A stretch of DNA of 64,000 bases from Candidatus Woesearchaeota archaeon (GTDB lineage: Archaea > Nanobdellota > Nanobdellia > SCGC-AAA011-G17 > GW2011-AR20). Made by a program: the position numbers and the translations under genes. This document shows, one piece after another, positions 49,212 to 59,114 of the stretch. Location: the NCBI GenBank assembly GCA_018303025.1, contig JAGVYZ010000014.1:21145-85144 (forward strand), given 5' to 3'. The notes under the pieces were generated by a model. The model did not search any database, was not told where the DNA came from, and saw only the letters and a program-made list of their open reading frames with translations. How positions within the stretch are numbered: position 1 is the first letter of the stretch; each line of letters begins with the position of its first letter.

Positions 49212-51934
49212 ATGTCATATACTCTTTTGTCTAAAACTTCTCTACCATAGAAATATTCTGGAACTTCTAGATTATTAGGATATGAAATTGACCAAATTTT
49301 TAATGGACCCCTTAACCCTGCTCCTGGATAAATTGCTAGAGGCATTTGAGTTTCATCAGAATATGCTACTTTGAAATTTTCTGTTTCTTGCCCAAATAAA
49401 TATAATCTTGTGAATTGGGTATTGTAAACTACAGGCGATAGATAGATTAAAGAACCTAACATATTAACCTGGCCATTATTGCTTATTTGTGGAATAATTT
49501 GAATACATGCATCTATACCACCTGTAAACTTATATTCTTTAGGTTGTACACCTAATGCTTTGGAACCATAAAATATACAGTTTATTGGGATATTTGATTG
49601 CTGACCATTGTAAACAATAACCATTGTTGGCTGTTCGAATTCTACTTGCGAGTTATTAGCGTTATTTACTATTGGAACAAAGAAACCTGCTACACCTGCT
49701 GCATTTTTAGGATATAGCTTATCTTGATAAATTATATCGTGGTCTATTGCTGTTCCACCAGTGTACAAATAGACTGTTGAATTTCTTGTTTCTTTAACTT
49801 GAGAAGGATCTAAATTATAATTTGTAATCCAGGAATACCTGTCATAATTAACATCAGAACCTATTGACGAGAAAGCTGGATATTTACCTATTTCATCTGA
49901 AATTATTAATAAATGAGTTGCATTATGTGCTTTTAAAAATTCTAATGCTTCTGTATCATTGCTTCCCATTAAAACATGACGTCCTGTCCAATGATTCCAG
50001 GCACCAATTGTATTACCACCATCTGTTATTGTTGCTCTTTTGCCACCTGTTTGGACTAAGTAACCATAGTCCCACCAATGTGAAAAAACAGCATTTTCAT
50101 TTGTATTATCCCGAACCCATTTCATTGCTAATTGCCATTGTTGATTGTAAGTTGTTCCTGAACCTGCATTTTGAGCTTTGGAGGATTCATAATAATTCAA
50201 TAAATAACCATTTGAGTTTACTATAGGTATTTCTTTTATTACTGGAATCTGTGCCATTGCATTTCCGAAAGGCCAGAAAAAAATCATTAAAAATAAAGCT
50301 AAGACTGTTATGTAAAATATTTTATATGTTAATTCTTTTTCATTCTCTTTTACTTTTTGATATAAGTATATTGAACCAGTATAAATAAAATAAGCGGCTA
50401 AGACCATTGCTACTGAAGTGAAAATATAAACCAGCCTTATTGCACTTCTTGCAGCTATTGCCATTATAATAAACCAAGCGATTATAAAAATTTCTGATTT
50501 ATTTAAGGAAATTATTTTTTCATATTCCTCTTGATCATTTAAATAAGATTTAATGTAAATATAAATAAAATAACATGCAAAGAAAAGGAAAGAGCCTATA
50601 TATAAGAAATTAGAGATAAAATTATCTCCGTTGAAGGTTGAATCTGCCTTATATCTGCTGAATAAAAACAGGAAAATAAATATTGTGTAAGATACTGTAA
50701 GTTTTAATCTGTTTGATTTTGACAAATGCTTGACTAAATGATAAAATAGAATAACAGAGCCAATTATGATTGATAATAAGAAAAACATTCCACCGAAATG
50801 ACCAACCCAGTCAGATACATAAGGCTGATGATTTTCAGCTACTGTTAAAACCCATCTTCCTGTTGCAAAAGGTTTTGTAACATCTGTAAAAATATCTTTT
50901 AATTTGTCTATTAAATATAGAGGACCATTGAAAAGAATTAAAAATATTAGGCCTAAAAATCCAAAAATTATGAAGCTATTTACACTTTTTGGAAGTTTTG
51001 AATACTTTTCTACAAATTGATTAACTGTTCTATGTTCAATTATGAAGTGTCTGAAGAAACCTGCTAAAATGCTTAGTAAGCATAAGCTAGTTGTTACTGA
51101 ATTTAATAATGTTCCAAAGTTTATTCTTCCTGGGAAAAAAAGATTCATTGTTATTATTGAAAGAATAAACCATAATGTATAAGAATAAAGGTTTTCTTTT
51201 GAGAACTTATCCAGAATGAGTTCTATTAATGCAAACAATCCAAAAATTAAGAAGATAAAATTAACTCCACCCCAAACAGCTCCTGTTGCTCCTGTTAAGA
51301 TTCCTGCTAAAACTGCATTAATTAAGGAGAATAATAAATTCTTTGATTTCCATGATGAAACAAAAAAATAAAAAGAAGCGAAGAATAACAAGGTAGCTAA
51401 TGACTCTTTATCTGTAATACCAGACATTGTCCTAAATAAAAAAGCAGGCGAAAATGATAAAAAAGCTGTTGCTATCAATGCTATTTTTTTGTTATTGAAC
51501 AATTTGTCAACTAAGAGATAAAAAAACAATGCTGCAAATAAGAACATTATTGCCGGGAAAATCATGAAAGCATAATCGAAGGTTATTGAAGAATCAAATA
51601 AATGCATAAATTGGTAAGTAAATACAATTACATGTGTGAAAAAATTAAATTCGCCTACACCTGTAAAACCTAGAGGATATGAACGTAATTTATCTATTGC
51701 TGGTAAAGCATCATTTTCCAAAAGGTCCTGGGAATATCTAAATACAAGCATTGCATCTGGGTCAGCAGGCATATAAGTATTAGATGTTGTATCCATTAAT
51801 TGTGGAATATTCTGGATTCTTATGAAAAAACCCATTAAAATTATTATTAATAAAATCCCATAAAAAATCCAAGATTTCTTATTAATTAAAAAGTTTTTCA
51901 CGTCTTCTTTTCTTTGTTCTAATTCATCTGGCAT
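49208..51934 (-). CDS. aglB: Oligosaccharyltransferase AglB (STT3 family)
   Basis: PADP, TDKE, TVAE, WWDYG, TDG, EIGK motifs; about 13 TMs; start taken as ATG 51934 (TTG 51949 possible). Confidence 0.95.
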   Translation of the reverse strand: MPDELEQRKEDVKNFLINKKSWIFYGILLIIILMGFFIRIQNIPQLMDTTSNTYMPADPDAMLVFRYSQDLLENDALPAIDKLRSYPLGFTGVGEFNFFTHVIVFTYQFMHLFDSSITFDYAFMIFPAIMFLFAALFFYLLVDKLFNNKKIALIATAFLSFSPAFLFRTMSGITDKESLATLLFFASFYFFVSSWKSKNLLFSLINAVLAGILTGATGAVWGGVNFIFLIFGLFALIELILDKFSKENLYSYTLWFILSIITMNLFFPGRINFGTLLNSVTTSLCLLSILAGFFRHFIIEHRTVNQFVEKYSKLPKSVNSFIIFGFLGLIFLILFNGPLYLIDKLKDIFTDVTKPFATGRWVLTVAENHQPYVSDWVGHFGGMFFLLSIIIGSVILFYHLVKHLSKSNRLKLTVSYTIFIFLFLFSRYKADSTFNGDNFISNFLYIGSFLFFACYFIYIYIKSYLNDQEEYEKIISLNKSEIFIIAWFIIMAIAARSAIRLVYIFTSVAMVLAAYFIYTGSIYLYQKVKENEKELTYKIFYITVLALFLMIFFWPFGNAMAQIPVIKEIPIVNSNGYLLNYYESSKAQNAGSGTTYNQQWQLAMKWVRDNTNENAVFSHWWDYGYLVQTGGKRATITDGGNTIGAWNHWTGRHVLMGSNDTEALEFLKAHNATHLLIISDEIGKYPAFSSIGSDVNYDRYSWITNYNLDPSQVKETRNSTVYLYTGGTAIDHDIIYQDKLYPKNAAGVAGFFVPIVNNANNSQVEFEQPTMVIVYNGQQSNIPINCIFYGSKALGVQPKEYKFTGGIDACIQIIPQISNNGQVNMLGSLIYLSPVVYNTQFTRLYLFGQETENFKVAYSDETQMPLAIYPGAGLRGPLKIWSISYPNNLEVPEYFYGREVLDKRVYDI

Positions 51935-51973
51935 TTTATTTTTAGACAAGATTTATTTATATTAATATCGGTT

Positions 51974-52006
51974 GTACTTTTTTTCTTTAAAAAAGAAAAA
52001 ACCTAC
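51974..52006 (+). repeat. Palindromic dispersed repeat, copy C
   Basis: GTAC-T-TTTTTTCTTT-AAA-AAAGAAAAAA-C-CTAC. Confidence 0.6.
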
Positions 52007-52041
52007 ACTAAAAGTAAGGGTTGCACCCTTCACGAACCTGC

Positions 52042-52878
52042 CTAAAGAAAAAAGCTCATTATTATTGGGGTGAAGTAAACTTCAACTAGAGCCCCTATTA
52101 ATAAAATAACTAAGGCAATTAATGTTAAATCTAATGTGTCTATTAAAACGTGCTTTATTTGTTTTGAATTCAAATGGGAGTTTATTACTGCAAATGAGAT
52201 TAAAGCACCAGCCATACCACCTATGAAATATGCTAATATTTCAAAAACACCATGAGTCATATAACGCATTAATGCCAAGGGAAATATATGGAAGTAAGAA
52301 AAAATAGTAGATAGCTTTTCTCTTACAAAAATTCCCATTGCAGCTGAAATTACAGAAGCATTCCAGACTAAAATGAATAATGCACCTGCACCGTAGAAGA
52401 ATGAAAAGAAAATGCAGAATAATAATACTTTGAAATTATTTATTAAAATTTTGAAGAAAACATCTTCTCCTATGAAATTTCCGAAAACTACTTTTCCGTT
52501 TATGCTTTGAATTGTTTCAATTTGTGAACTAAATAAGGTTGTTGAGATTGATTCTGGAAGAACTATAAACCAGAATGCATATGCTACTAAAATTCCAAAA
52601 AACAAGAAAAGTAAAAATTTTAATGCTCTCCAATGTTCCTTCATTATTAATTTTTCAGAATCTATTTTTAAATCATATTTTTCCTCTCTTTTGAATGTTC
52701 TATGCAATAAAGGAATACAAGCTAAGACTGTTAAAAAAACCATGATTATACTGGCCTGGCTTTTGAATATCCACAATGATAATAATAATGCTATTGAAGC
52801 ATAAAAGAAACCATATAGAAACATTAGTTTAGGATGTGCTTCTGCTCTTTTTGGTCCGATGAGTATTTCTAATACCAT
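52042..52878 (-). CDS. SpoIIM/DUF95-family membrane protein
   Basis: ILINN, WNA, HGVFE, GALVE motifs; multiple TMs. Confidence 0.8.
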   Translation of the reverse strand: MVLEILIGPKRAEAHPKLMFLYGFFYASIALLLSLWIFKSQASIIMVFLTVLACIPLLHRTFKREEKYDLKIDSEKLIMKEHWRALKFLLFLFFGILVAYAFWFIVLPESISTTLFSSQIETIQSINGKVVFGNFIGEDVFFKILINNFKVLLFCIFFSFFYGAGALFILVWNASVISAAMGIFVREKLSTIFSYFHIFPLALMRYMTHGVFEILAYFIGGMAGALISFAVINSHLNSKQIKHVLIDTLDLTLIALVILLIGALVEVYFTPIIMSFFL

Positions 52879-52968
52879 TATGTTATTTTTTATATTATCT
52901 TGATTTATATAAGTTTTGTTGCTTTTTTTAGGGGAAATTTTTATATAGGTTCTAAATTATATAGATTC

Positions 52969-53775
52969 ATGGATAGATTTTCTAAGATATGCAAGGATAT
53001 TAAAGAGATAAAAATCCAAGGTGCTGAAAATGTTGCTAAAGCTGCTTTAGTTGCTTATTCTTTGAAGCCTAATGCTTCTTCTATTAAAAAATTAATTTCT
53101 TTAAGGAAAACAGAACCAATGGTTGTAAATGCCTTGAATTATGCCAAAAAGCATTCTGTTGATGAAACTTTAAAGTTAATTAAAGAGAATGAAAGAAAGA
53201 TTATAGAGAATGGAGTTAAATTAATTAAAAATGGATTTGTTGTTTATACTCACTGTCATTCTTCTACTGTTACTTCAATTTTGATTAAAGCGCATAAATT
53301 TGGTAAAAAGTTTAGTGTTTTTAATACTGAAACAAGGCCTTTGTTTCAAGGAAGGAAAACAGCTATTGAGTTAGCTAAAGCTGGAATTAAAACAACTATG
53401 ATTGTTGATGATGCTGTTTATATTGCTTTGAAAAAAGCTGATATTATGTTGATAGGTGCTGACGCATTGATGCAAAAAACTGCCTTAAATAAAATTGGTT
53501 CTGGTTTATTTGCTGAAGAAGCTTTTAGGCATAAAGTTCCTGTTTATATTGCATCTAATTCATGGAAATTTTCTAAAAAATCAGTTAAAATTGAAGAGAG
53601 AAATGAGAAAGAAGTATTTGATGAAAGACTGAAAATATTAAAAGTAAGAAATCCTGCTTTTGAAGCAGTTCCCTATAAATTTGTTAAAGGAATTATATGT
53701 GAATTGGGGATTATTAAACCTAAAGATTTAGCTAAAAAGATAAAGAAAAATTATCTATGGTTGCTTAAGAGTTAA
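52969..53775 (+). CDS. Ribose-1,5-bisphosphate isomerase (eIF-2B-like)
   Basis: KIQGA, RKTEP, THCHS, ETRP, GADA, NKIGS, NPAF; near RubisCO; start at ATG 52969. Confidence 0.88.
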   Translation: MDRFSKICKDIKEIKIQGAENVAKAALVAYSLKPNASSIKKLISLRKTEPMVVNALNYAKKHSVDETLKLIKENERKIIENGVKLIKNGFVVYTHCHSSTVTSILIKAHKFGKKFSVFNTETRPLFQGRKTAIELAKAGIKTTMIVDDAVYIALKKADIMLIGADALMQKTALNKIGSGLFAEEAFRHKVPVYIASNSWKFSKKSVKIEERNEKEVFDERLKILKVRNPAFEAVPYKFVKGIICELGIIKPKDLAKKIKKNYLWLLKS

Positions 53776-53780
53776 TTTAG

Positions 53781-55109
53781 CTAATCTAAATATTTCTTTA
53801 TTTCATTTAGGTCTATAAGTAGTGCTTCCTGGGTTTTTTCTGAAAATGATTTTGCAAATATTATTATTTTTTCTTTCCTGTTTTTGTTATTCCAATCTAT
53901 ATATTTTGTTTTTTCCTTTAGTTTAAATAATATTTCATTTGGATTTACTTCACTTTTCCATTTGCATTCTATTAAATAAATTTCTTTGTCTTTTTCATTT
54001 AAAGCAATTAAATCAATCTCTATATCTTTATGCCAAAATCTGCCAATTTTTGATAAGTTTTTTATTTTATCAAATACTATTTCTTTGCAGACTTGCTCAA
54101 AAACCTTGCCATAATAGGAATTTATTTCCTGCTTTAATGAATCAAGCAGATCTTTTTTTAATCCTTGCTCTATCTGGGCGCGATTTTTCATGACAAAATT
54201 CAACCAGAAATTGTAAAAATTATCCTTTATGTAATATCTTGTTATTTTTGATTTTAATTTATTTTCTGTTACTGGAACTTCTTTTTTTATTATATCTACT
54301 CTTTCCAAGATTGTTAGATATTTTGGAAGCTTATTTGAAGATATATGGGAATATTCTGAGATTTCGTTAAATTTTGTTTTTCCTTCTGAGATTGCCTGAA
54401 GTATTGAAAGATAAGAAGAGAAATCCCTAAACTCTTCTGTAAGCAAATTTAATGGCTCATTATAAAGGAAGCTTGTCTTTTCAAATAATTTTAGTTCTAA
54501 ATTTTTTTCTATGGTTTCTTTTGAATCAAATTCTTCCAGATATCTTGGAACTCCGCCTAAAATACAATATGCTTTTATTAATTCTTCAGTATTATAATCT
54601 GGAAAGAACTTCTGAAGATTCTTAAATTTTAAAGGAAGAACATCTATCTCAGCTGTTTTTCTGCCGTATAACGCAGAATTATAACCATGGGTTATTTTGT
54701 ATATTGTTGAAATTATTGAACCACAAAGAATTATTTTTTTATTTGTCTCTTTTATTTTCTCCCACCATCTTTGGAGAATTGAAGGCCATGCTTTGTTAAT
54801 CAAATAAAGATACTGGAATTCGTCTATAATAAAAATTTCATATTTGCTTTTTAAAATAAAATTAAAGAAATCCTCCCAATCTGAAAACTTTACAAATTCA
54901 TCTTTTACCTGGTTTGAGAAGATGTTTAAGATATTATCAGAGCTATCTGCCAGAAAATATATAGCATTTTTATTTTTTATTGATTCTATTAAAAGCCTGC
55001 TTTTTCCTATTCTTCTTCTACCATAAACTAAGACAAGTTCTGCTTTTTTTGATTTGTAAACTTTTTCCAAAGTTTCAAGTTCTTCTATTCTGTTGATAAA
55101 CATACTCAT
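53781..55109 (-). CDS. Archaeal ATPase with wHTH and C-terminal DUF234 (PD-(D/E)xK-like) domain
   Basis: FINR, YGRRRIGKS, IDEFQY, GGVP, EIDL...ECKW; start at ATG 55109 or 55103. Confidence 0.9.
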   Translation of the reverse strand: MSMFINRIEELETLEKVYKSKKAELVLVYGRRRIGKSRLLIESIKNKNAIYFLADSSDNILNIFSNQVKDEFVKFSDWEDFFNFILKSKYEIFIIDEFQYLYLINKAWPSILQRWWEKIKETNKKIILCGSIISTIYKITHGYNSALYGRKTAEIDVLPLKFKNLQKFFPDYNTEELIKAYCILGGVPRYLEEFDSKETIEKNLELKLFEKTSFLYNEPLNLLTEEFRDFSSYLSILQAISEGKTKFNEISEYSHISSNKLPKYLTILERVDIIKKEVPVTENKLKSKITRYYIKDNFYNFWLNFVMKNRAQIEQGLKKDLLDSLKQEINSYYGKVFEQVCKEIVFDKIKNLSKIGRFWHKDIEIDLIALNEKDKEIYLIECKWKSEVNPNEILFKLKEKTKYIDWNNKNRKEKIIIFAKSFSEKTQEALLIDLNEIKKYLD

Positions 55110-55329
55110 AATAATGATTATTACAATAATGTTTATAAAGGTTTCTATACTAAGATTTTTTGAATACAAGGCAGAAGGTTAAAGGTAACTATTCCAGATT
55201 AAAATGGGAAAAGTTTAATTAGCTTTTTTTCTTTTTTATGTGTAACCTATTCATGATATGGGGACATATTTTTCTCTTTTTTTACAATAATTATATAAAT
55301 AACAATTTATTTTAATTTAAAGAGGTGAA

Positions 55330-56808
55330 ATGATGAAAAGTAAAAATAAATCTGTTAATAATAAAATTCCTAAATCACTTATTAAAAGTTTAAATCCTCA
55401 TCAAGAAGCCTATGTCAATCTTGGATTAAAAAATCCTAAGAATGGCGAGTATATGTTAGCTGTTTACCATTTGAAACCTGGTAAGGGATTAAATATATTA
55501 CAAGCTTCTTGTGAAGTTGCTGCTGAATCTTCTACTGGAACTAATTTTAAGGTTAATACTGAAACACCTTTTTCTCGCGAGATGAATGCACTTGTTTATC
55601 AATTAGATATTAAGAAAAATTTAGTCTGGATTGCTTTTCCATGGAGATTATTTGATAGAAAAGGAAATGTACAAAATATATTAACATATATTGTTGGAAA
55701 TGTTTTAGGCATGAAAGAAGTTAAAGCTTTGAAATTGCTTGATATTTGGTTTCCTTCTACAATGTTAGAACAATACGATGGACCTAGTTATACTTTAGAT
55801 GACATGAGAAAGTATTTGAATGTTTATGACAGGCCAATTCTTGGAACTATTATAAAACCCAAAATGGGATTGACTTCTTCTGAATATGCTGAAGTCTGCT
55901 ATGATTTCTGGACTGGCGGTGGAGATTTTGTAAAAAATGACGAGCCACAAGCTAACCAGGATTTTTGTCCATATGACAAAATGGTTGTTTATGTAAAAAA
56001 AGCAATGGATAAAGCTGTTAAAGAAACAGGCAAGAAAAAAATTCATTCATTTAATGTTTCTGCTGCTGATTATGACACTATGATTTCTAGATGTGAAATG
56101 ATTAGAAATGCTGGATTTGAATCTGGTAGTTATGCATTTTTAATTGATGGAATTACTGCTGGATGGATGGCTGTGCAAACATTAAGAAGAAAATATCCTG
56201 GGGTGTTTATTCATTATCATAGAGCAAGCCATGGCGCTTACACCAGGGAAGAAAATCCAATTGGTTTTTCTGTTTTAGTTTTGTCTAAATTTGCTAGATT
56301 AGCTGGTGCTTCTGGAATTCATACAGGAACTGCTGGTGTTGGTAAAATGGCTGGTAGTCCTAAGGAAGATGTTACTGCTGCACATAATATTTTGGGATTT
56401 GTTGCTAAAGGACATTTCTTTGAACAAGCTTGGGGAAGAATTCCTGAAAAAGATGATGATGCCATAAAACTAGTTCATGAAGATTTAGCTCATCATGTAA
56501 TATTAGATGATGATTCATGGAGAGGAATGAAAAAGTGCTGTCCAATAATTTCTGGAGGGTTAAATCCAACTTTATTGAAAAAATTCATTGATGTTATGCA
56601 GGGTATTGATTTTATTACTACAATGGGTGCTGGATGTCATGCTCATCCTAAAGGAACTAGGGCTGGTGCTACTGCATTAATTCAATCTTGTGAAGCATAT
56701 ATTAAAAAAATTGACATTCATGAATATGCCAAGACACATGTTGAATTAAAAGAAGCAATTGATTTTTTTGAGAAAAAGAAATTAAAACAGCCTAGTGAGA
56801 AAAGTTGA
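55330..56808 (+). CDS. rbcL: RubisCO large subunit, form II/III
   Basis: AAESSTGT, KPKMG, GGDFVKNDE, HYHRA, GKM, SGG; insertion WGRIPEKDDDAIKLVHEDLAHHVILDDDSW; GAGGTGA RBS. Confidence 0.95.
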   Translation: MMKSKNKSVNNKIPKSLIKSLNPHQEAYVNLGLKNPKNGEYMLAVYHLKPGKGLNILQASCEVAAESSTGTNFKVNTETPFSREMNALVYQLDIKKNLVWIAFPWRLFDRKGNVQNILTYIVGNVLGMKEVKALKLLDIWFPSTMLEQYDGPSYTLDDMRKYLNVYDRPILGTIIKPKMGLTSSEYAEVCYDFWTGGGDFVKNDEPQANQDFCPYDKMVVYVKKAMDKAVKETGKKKIHSFNVSAADYDTMISRCEMIRNAGFESGSYAFLIDGITAGWMAVQTLRRKYPGVFIHYHRASHGAYTREENPIGFSVLVLSKFARLAGASGIHTGTAGVGKMAGSPKEDVTAAHNILGFVAKGHFFEQAWGRIPEKDDDAIKLVHEDLAHHVILDDDSWRGMKKCCPIISGGLNPTLLKKFIDVMQGIDFITTMGAGCHAHPKGTRAGATALIQSCEAYIKKIDIHEYAKTHVELKEAIDFFEKKKLKQPSEKS

Positions 56809-56864
56809 TTTTGGGATAAACTTTCTAAATAAGGTTTTTAAAATAAAACATTTTAAGATAATTT

Positions 56865-57794
56865 ATGAGACTAACAAATTTTATTATTTTTTGTTTTTTA
56901 TTCTGCTTTATTGTTTTTGCTTTTTCTGTTAATGGGCAAGTAATTATTAATGAGATAATGTACAATCCTTTGGGAAATGATACTAATAGTGAATGGATTG
57001 AGATTTACAATAATGGAACAGAGATTGTAAACTTAACTGGCTGGAAGTTTTTTGAAGCTAACACTAATCATGGATTAAGTTTAGGACAAGGAGAAATGAC
57101 TATCTTGCCTAACGAATATGTGATAATAGTTCAGAATGTTCAAATATTTTTATCAGATTATTCTCAATATTCTGGAAAAATTATTGATAGCTCGTGGAGT
57201 GATATAACTAATAGTTTAGAAAAATATTTTGCAATTAAAAATAGTTCAGGTGAAATCGTTGATGAAATTGTTTATTATCCATTAGCAAAAGAAGGTAAAA
57301 GCATTGAATTAATTAATTTTAATCTTGATAATAATGTTTCTTTTAACTGGAATGCAAGTTTAGTTGTAAATGGAACTCCTGGAAAACAAAATAGTATTTT
57401 TAAAACGATTTTAATAAAAGAATGTCTGAAATTAAATTATAATGAATGCTCTTTAAGAAAAGATTGCGTGCTATGGAGAGATGGAGACTTATGCGTAAAT
57501 CTTTCTGTAATTGATAATAAAAACTGGAGATGCTCTGACTTGCTAGATACTAATGAATGCAGCAAGATTTCTTCTTGTGAATGGGTTCAATCATTGAATA
57601 GATGCATTGTAGAATCAGAAGGATATTGCGGAAACAATCGCATAGACAAATATGAAATTTGCGATGGAAATAATTTGAATGGGAAAAGCTGTACTGCTCT
57701 TGGTTTTAATTATGGAATATTAAGATGTGTTCCTCAATGCTCTTCTTATGATGCTTCTTCATGTGTTAAAAATCCTAAAATTTCAAGAAGATAA
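56865..57794 (+). CDS. Secreted lamin-tail-domain protein with Cys-rich C-terminus
   Basis: Signal peptide, IINEIMYNP, EWIEIYN, LTGW, GTPG; CGN...EICDG repeat. Confidence 0.85.
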   Translation: MRLTNFIIFCFLFCFIVFAFSVNGQVIINEIMYNPLGNDTNSEWIEIYNNGTEIVNLTGWKFFEANTNHGLSLGQGEMTILPNEYVIIVQNVQIFLSDYSQYSGKIIDSSWSDITNSLEKYFAIKNSSGEIVDEIVYYPLAKEGKSIELINFNLDNNVSFNWNASLVVNGTPGKQNSIFKTILIKECLKLNYNECSLRKDCVLWRDGDLCVNLSVIDNKNWRCSDLLDTNECSKISSCEWVQSLNRCIVESEGYCGNNRIDKYEICDGNNLNGKSCTALGFNYGILRCVPQCSSYDASSCVKNPKISRR

Positions 57795-57846
57795 TTTTGG
57801 TTGATAGTTGTAAACTAAAAGTTGATAAGTAATTATTTTGGAAGAA

Positions 57847-58001
57847 TTAATTAGTTAAACTGATTGCTACCAAAACTGTTTCTAAAATTGCCAAAGCCAA
57901 TGCCCATTTACTTTGCCTAAAATAAATTAAAATTGTTATTGCTATTAAATTTAATAATGCTACTATGAAAATAATATTTGAAATGCATTTATTTCATTCA
58001 T
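57847..58001 (-). pseudogene. Small 2-TM membrane protein with an apparent 1-nt frameshift near its start
   Basis: Open frame ISNIIFIVALLNLIAITILIYFRQSKWALALAILETVLVAISLTN*; none of the ATGs at 57988, 57997 or 58001 is in frame. Confidence 0.35.
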
Positions 58002-58100
58002 CTTAGTGATAAAATATTATTTTATTTAAGATTTTTGGTTCTTATTCTTTAAAAAAGCACAAAATTAACCTTATTTTTAAAATACGAAATATATATATAT

Positions 58101-58140
58101 AGGTTTCTTTTATAAAAAGAAAGGCCTGAAAGAAAAAGAC
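58101..58140 (+). repeat. Palindromic dispersed repeat, copy D (variant)
   Basis: AGG-TTTCTTTT-ATA-AAAAGAAA-GG-CCT followed by GAAAGAAAAAGAC. Confidence 0.5.
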
Positions 58141-58159
58141 CTTAAAAAATAAAAGGAAG

Positions 58160-59086
58160 GTGGTATATACGAATAAAAAAATATTATTTTTTGGAATTTT
58201 ATTAGTTTCTGTTTTGTTTTTGAGTTCTTGTACACAAGAACCAAAAGCAGCAAATATAGTACAAAATGAATGTATAAGTTGTGTTTCTGACGGAAGAGAT
58301 TATTGTACAAAAGATGTAGACCTAGAAGGATATTCAATGGGGCAATGTGGTGTTGCTAAAGAAGATTCTTTTGGAATAGGAATTACATTTGGAGAAGGAT
58401 GTAGTCAAGCTGGTGGAAAATTAGCTTTAGTTAAAGAACAATGTCCTGGATATGTTGTTGAGGAACCAACACCTATAGATACACCACTTTCTGAAAATGA
58501 ACGTAATGGTCCATTTGACGTTGATAAAGCTAACATTATAGCTGGATTTGTAGATGTGGGAAAATCATTAGATGAAGTGTCTGTGGTATCAGTAAGTTCT
58601 GATGGGACAAAATGTACACTATCTTATAAAGGAAAAACATTTACTATTGATAAAGGAGCTGACAAAAGTCTTTTAGAAGTTGATGAACGTCACTTTTTAG
58701 CTGTATGGGTTAAAGATATAGTTGTATCCGGAATTGCAGGACAAGAAAGTGGATGTGATCTTGAAATAGCTGTTCCAAAAACAACAAGTAAATATGATTG
58801 TTCAATACAACAATTTTCTTCAACTAGTATGAGGGATGGTAATGCTGTATGCGCAAATTTTGGCGGTACTAAAACTTGTTTATTTGGAATGGTTTCAACA
58901 ATAGCTTACTTTAATCAGACTATAGATAACTTTGGCAGTGCACAATGGTTAACTATGACACCTGAAATGTTTGCTTGTGATGAAAATATTCAAACATTAA
59001 AAGCTGTAGAACTTCGTGGTAGAGATAACGCAGATCTTGGAATAAAAAGTATTGATACCCAGATACAAATTATGTGTTGTAATTAA
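58160..59086 (+). CDS. Cys-rich secreted protein / putative lipoprotein
   Basis: Signal peptide ending LSSC; many cysteines; AAGGAAGG before a GTG start. Confidence 0.75.
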   Translation: MVYTNKKILFFGILLVSVLFLSSCTQEPKAANIVQNECISCVSDGRDYCTKDVDLEGYSMGQCGVAKEDSFGIGITFGEGCSQAGGKLALVKEQCPGYVVEEPTPIDTPLSENERNGPFDVDKANIIAGFVDVGKSLDEVSVVSVSSDGTKCTLSYKGKTFTIDKGADKSLLEVDERHFLAVWVKDIVVSGIAGQESGCDLEIAVPKTTSKYDCSIQQFSSTSMRDGNAVCANFGGTKTCLFGMVSTIAYFNQTIDNFGSAQWLTMTPEMFACDENIQTLKAVELRGRDNADLGIKSIDTQIQIMCCN

Positions 59087-59114
59087 TTTTTTCTTTTTTT
59101 TCTTTTAATTTTTT

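Noticed and set aside
52010-52041. Possible tRNA (GGTTCG and GGTGCAACCC look like T-loops)
   Set aside because: No cloverleaf can be folded and the GC-rich stretch is only about 30 nt.
55330-56808. Autotrophic CO2 fixation
   Set aside because: No phosphoribulokinase or small subunit seen; the nearby R15P isomerase points to nucleoside salvage.
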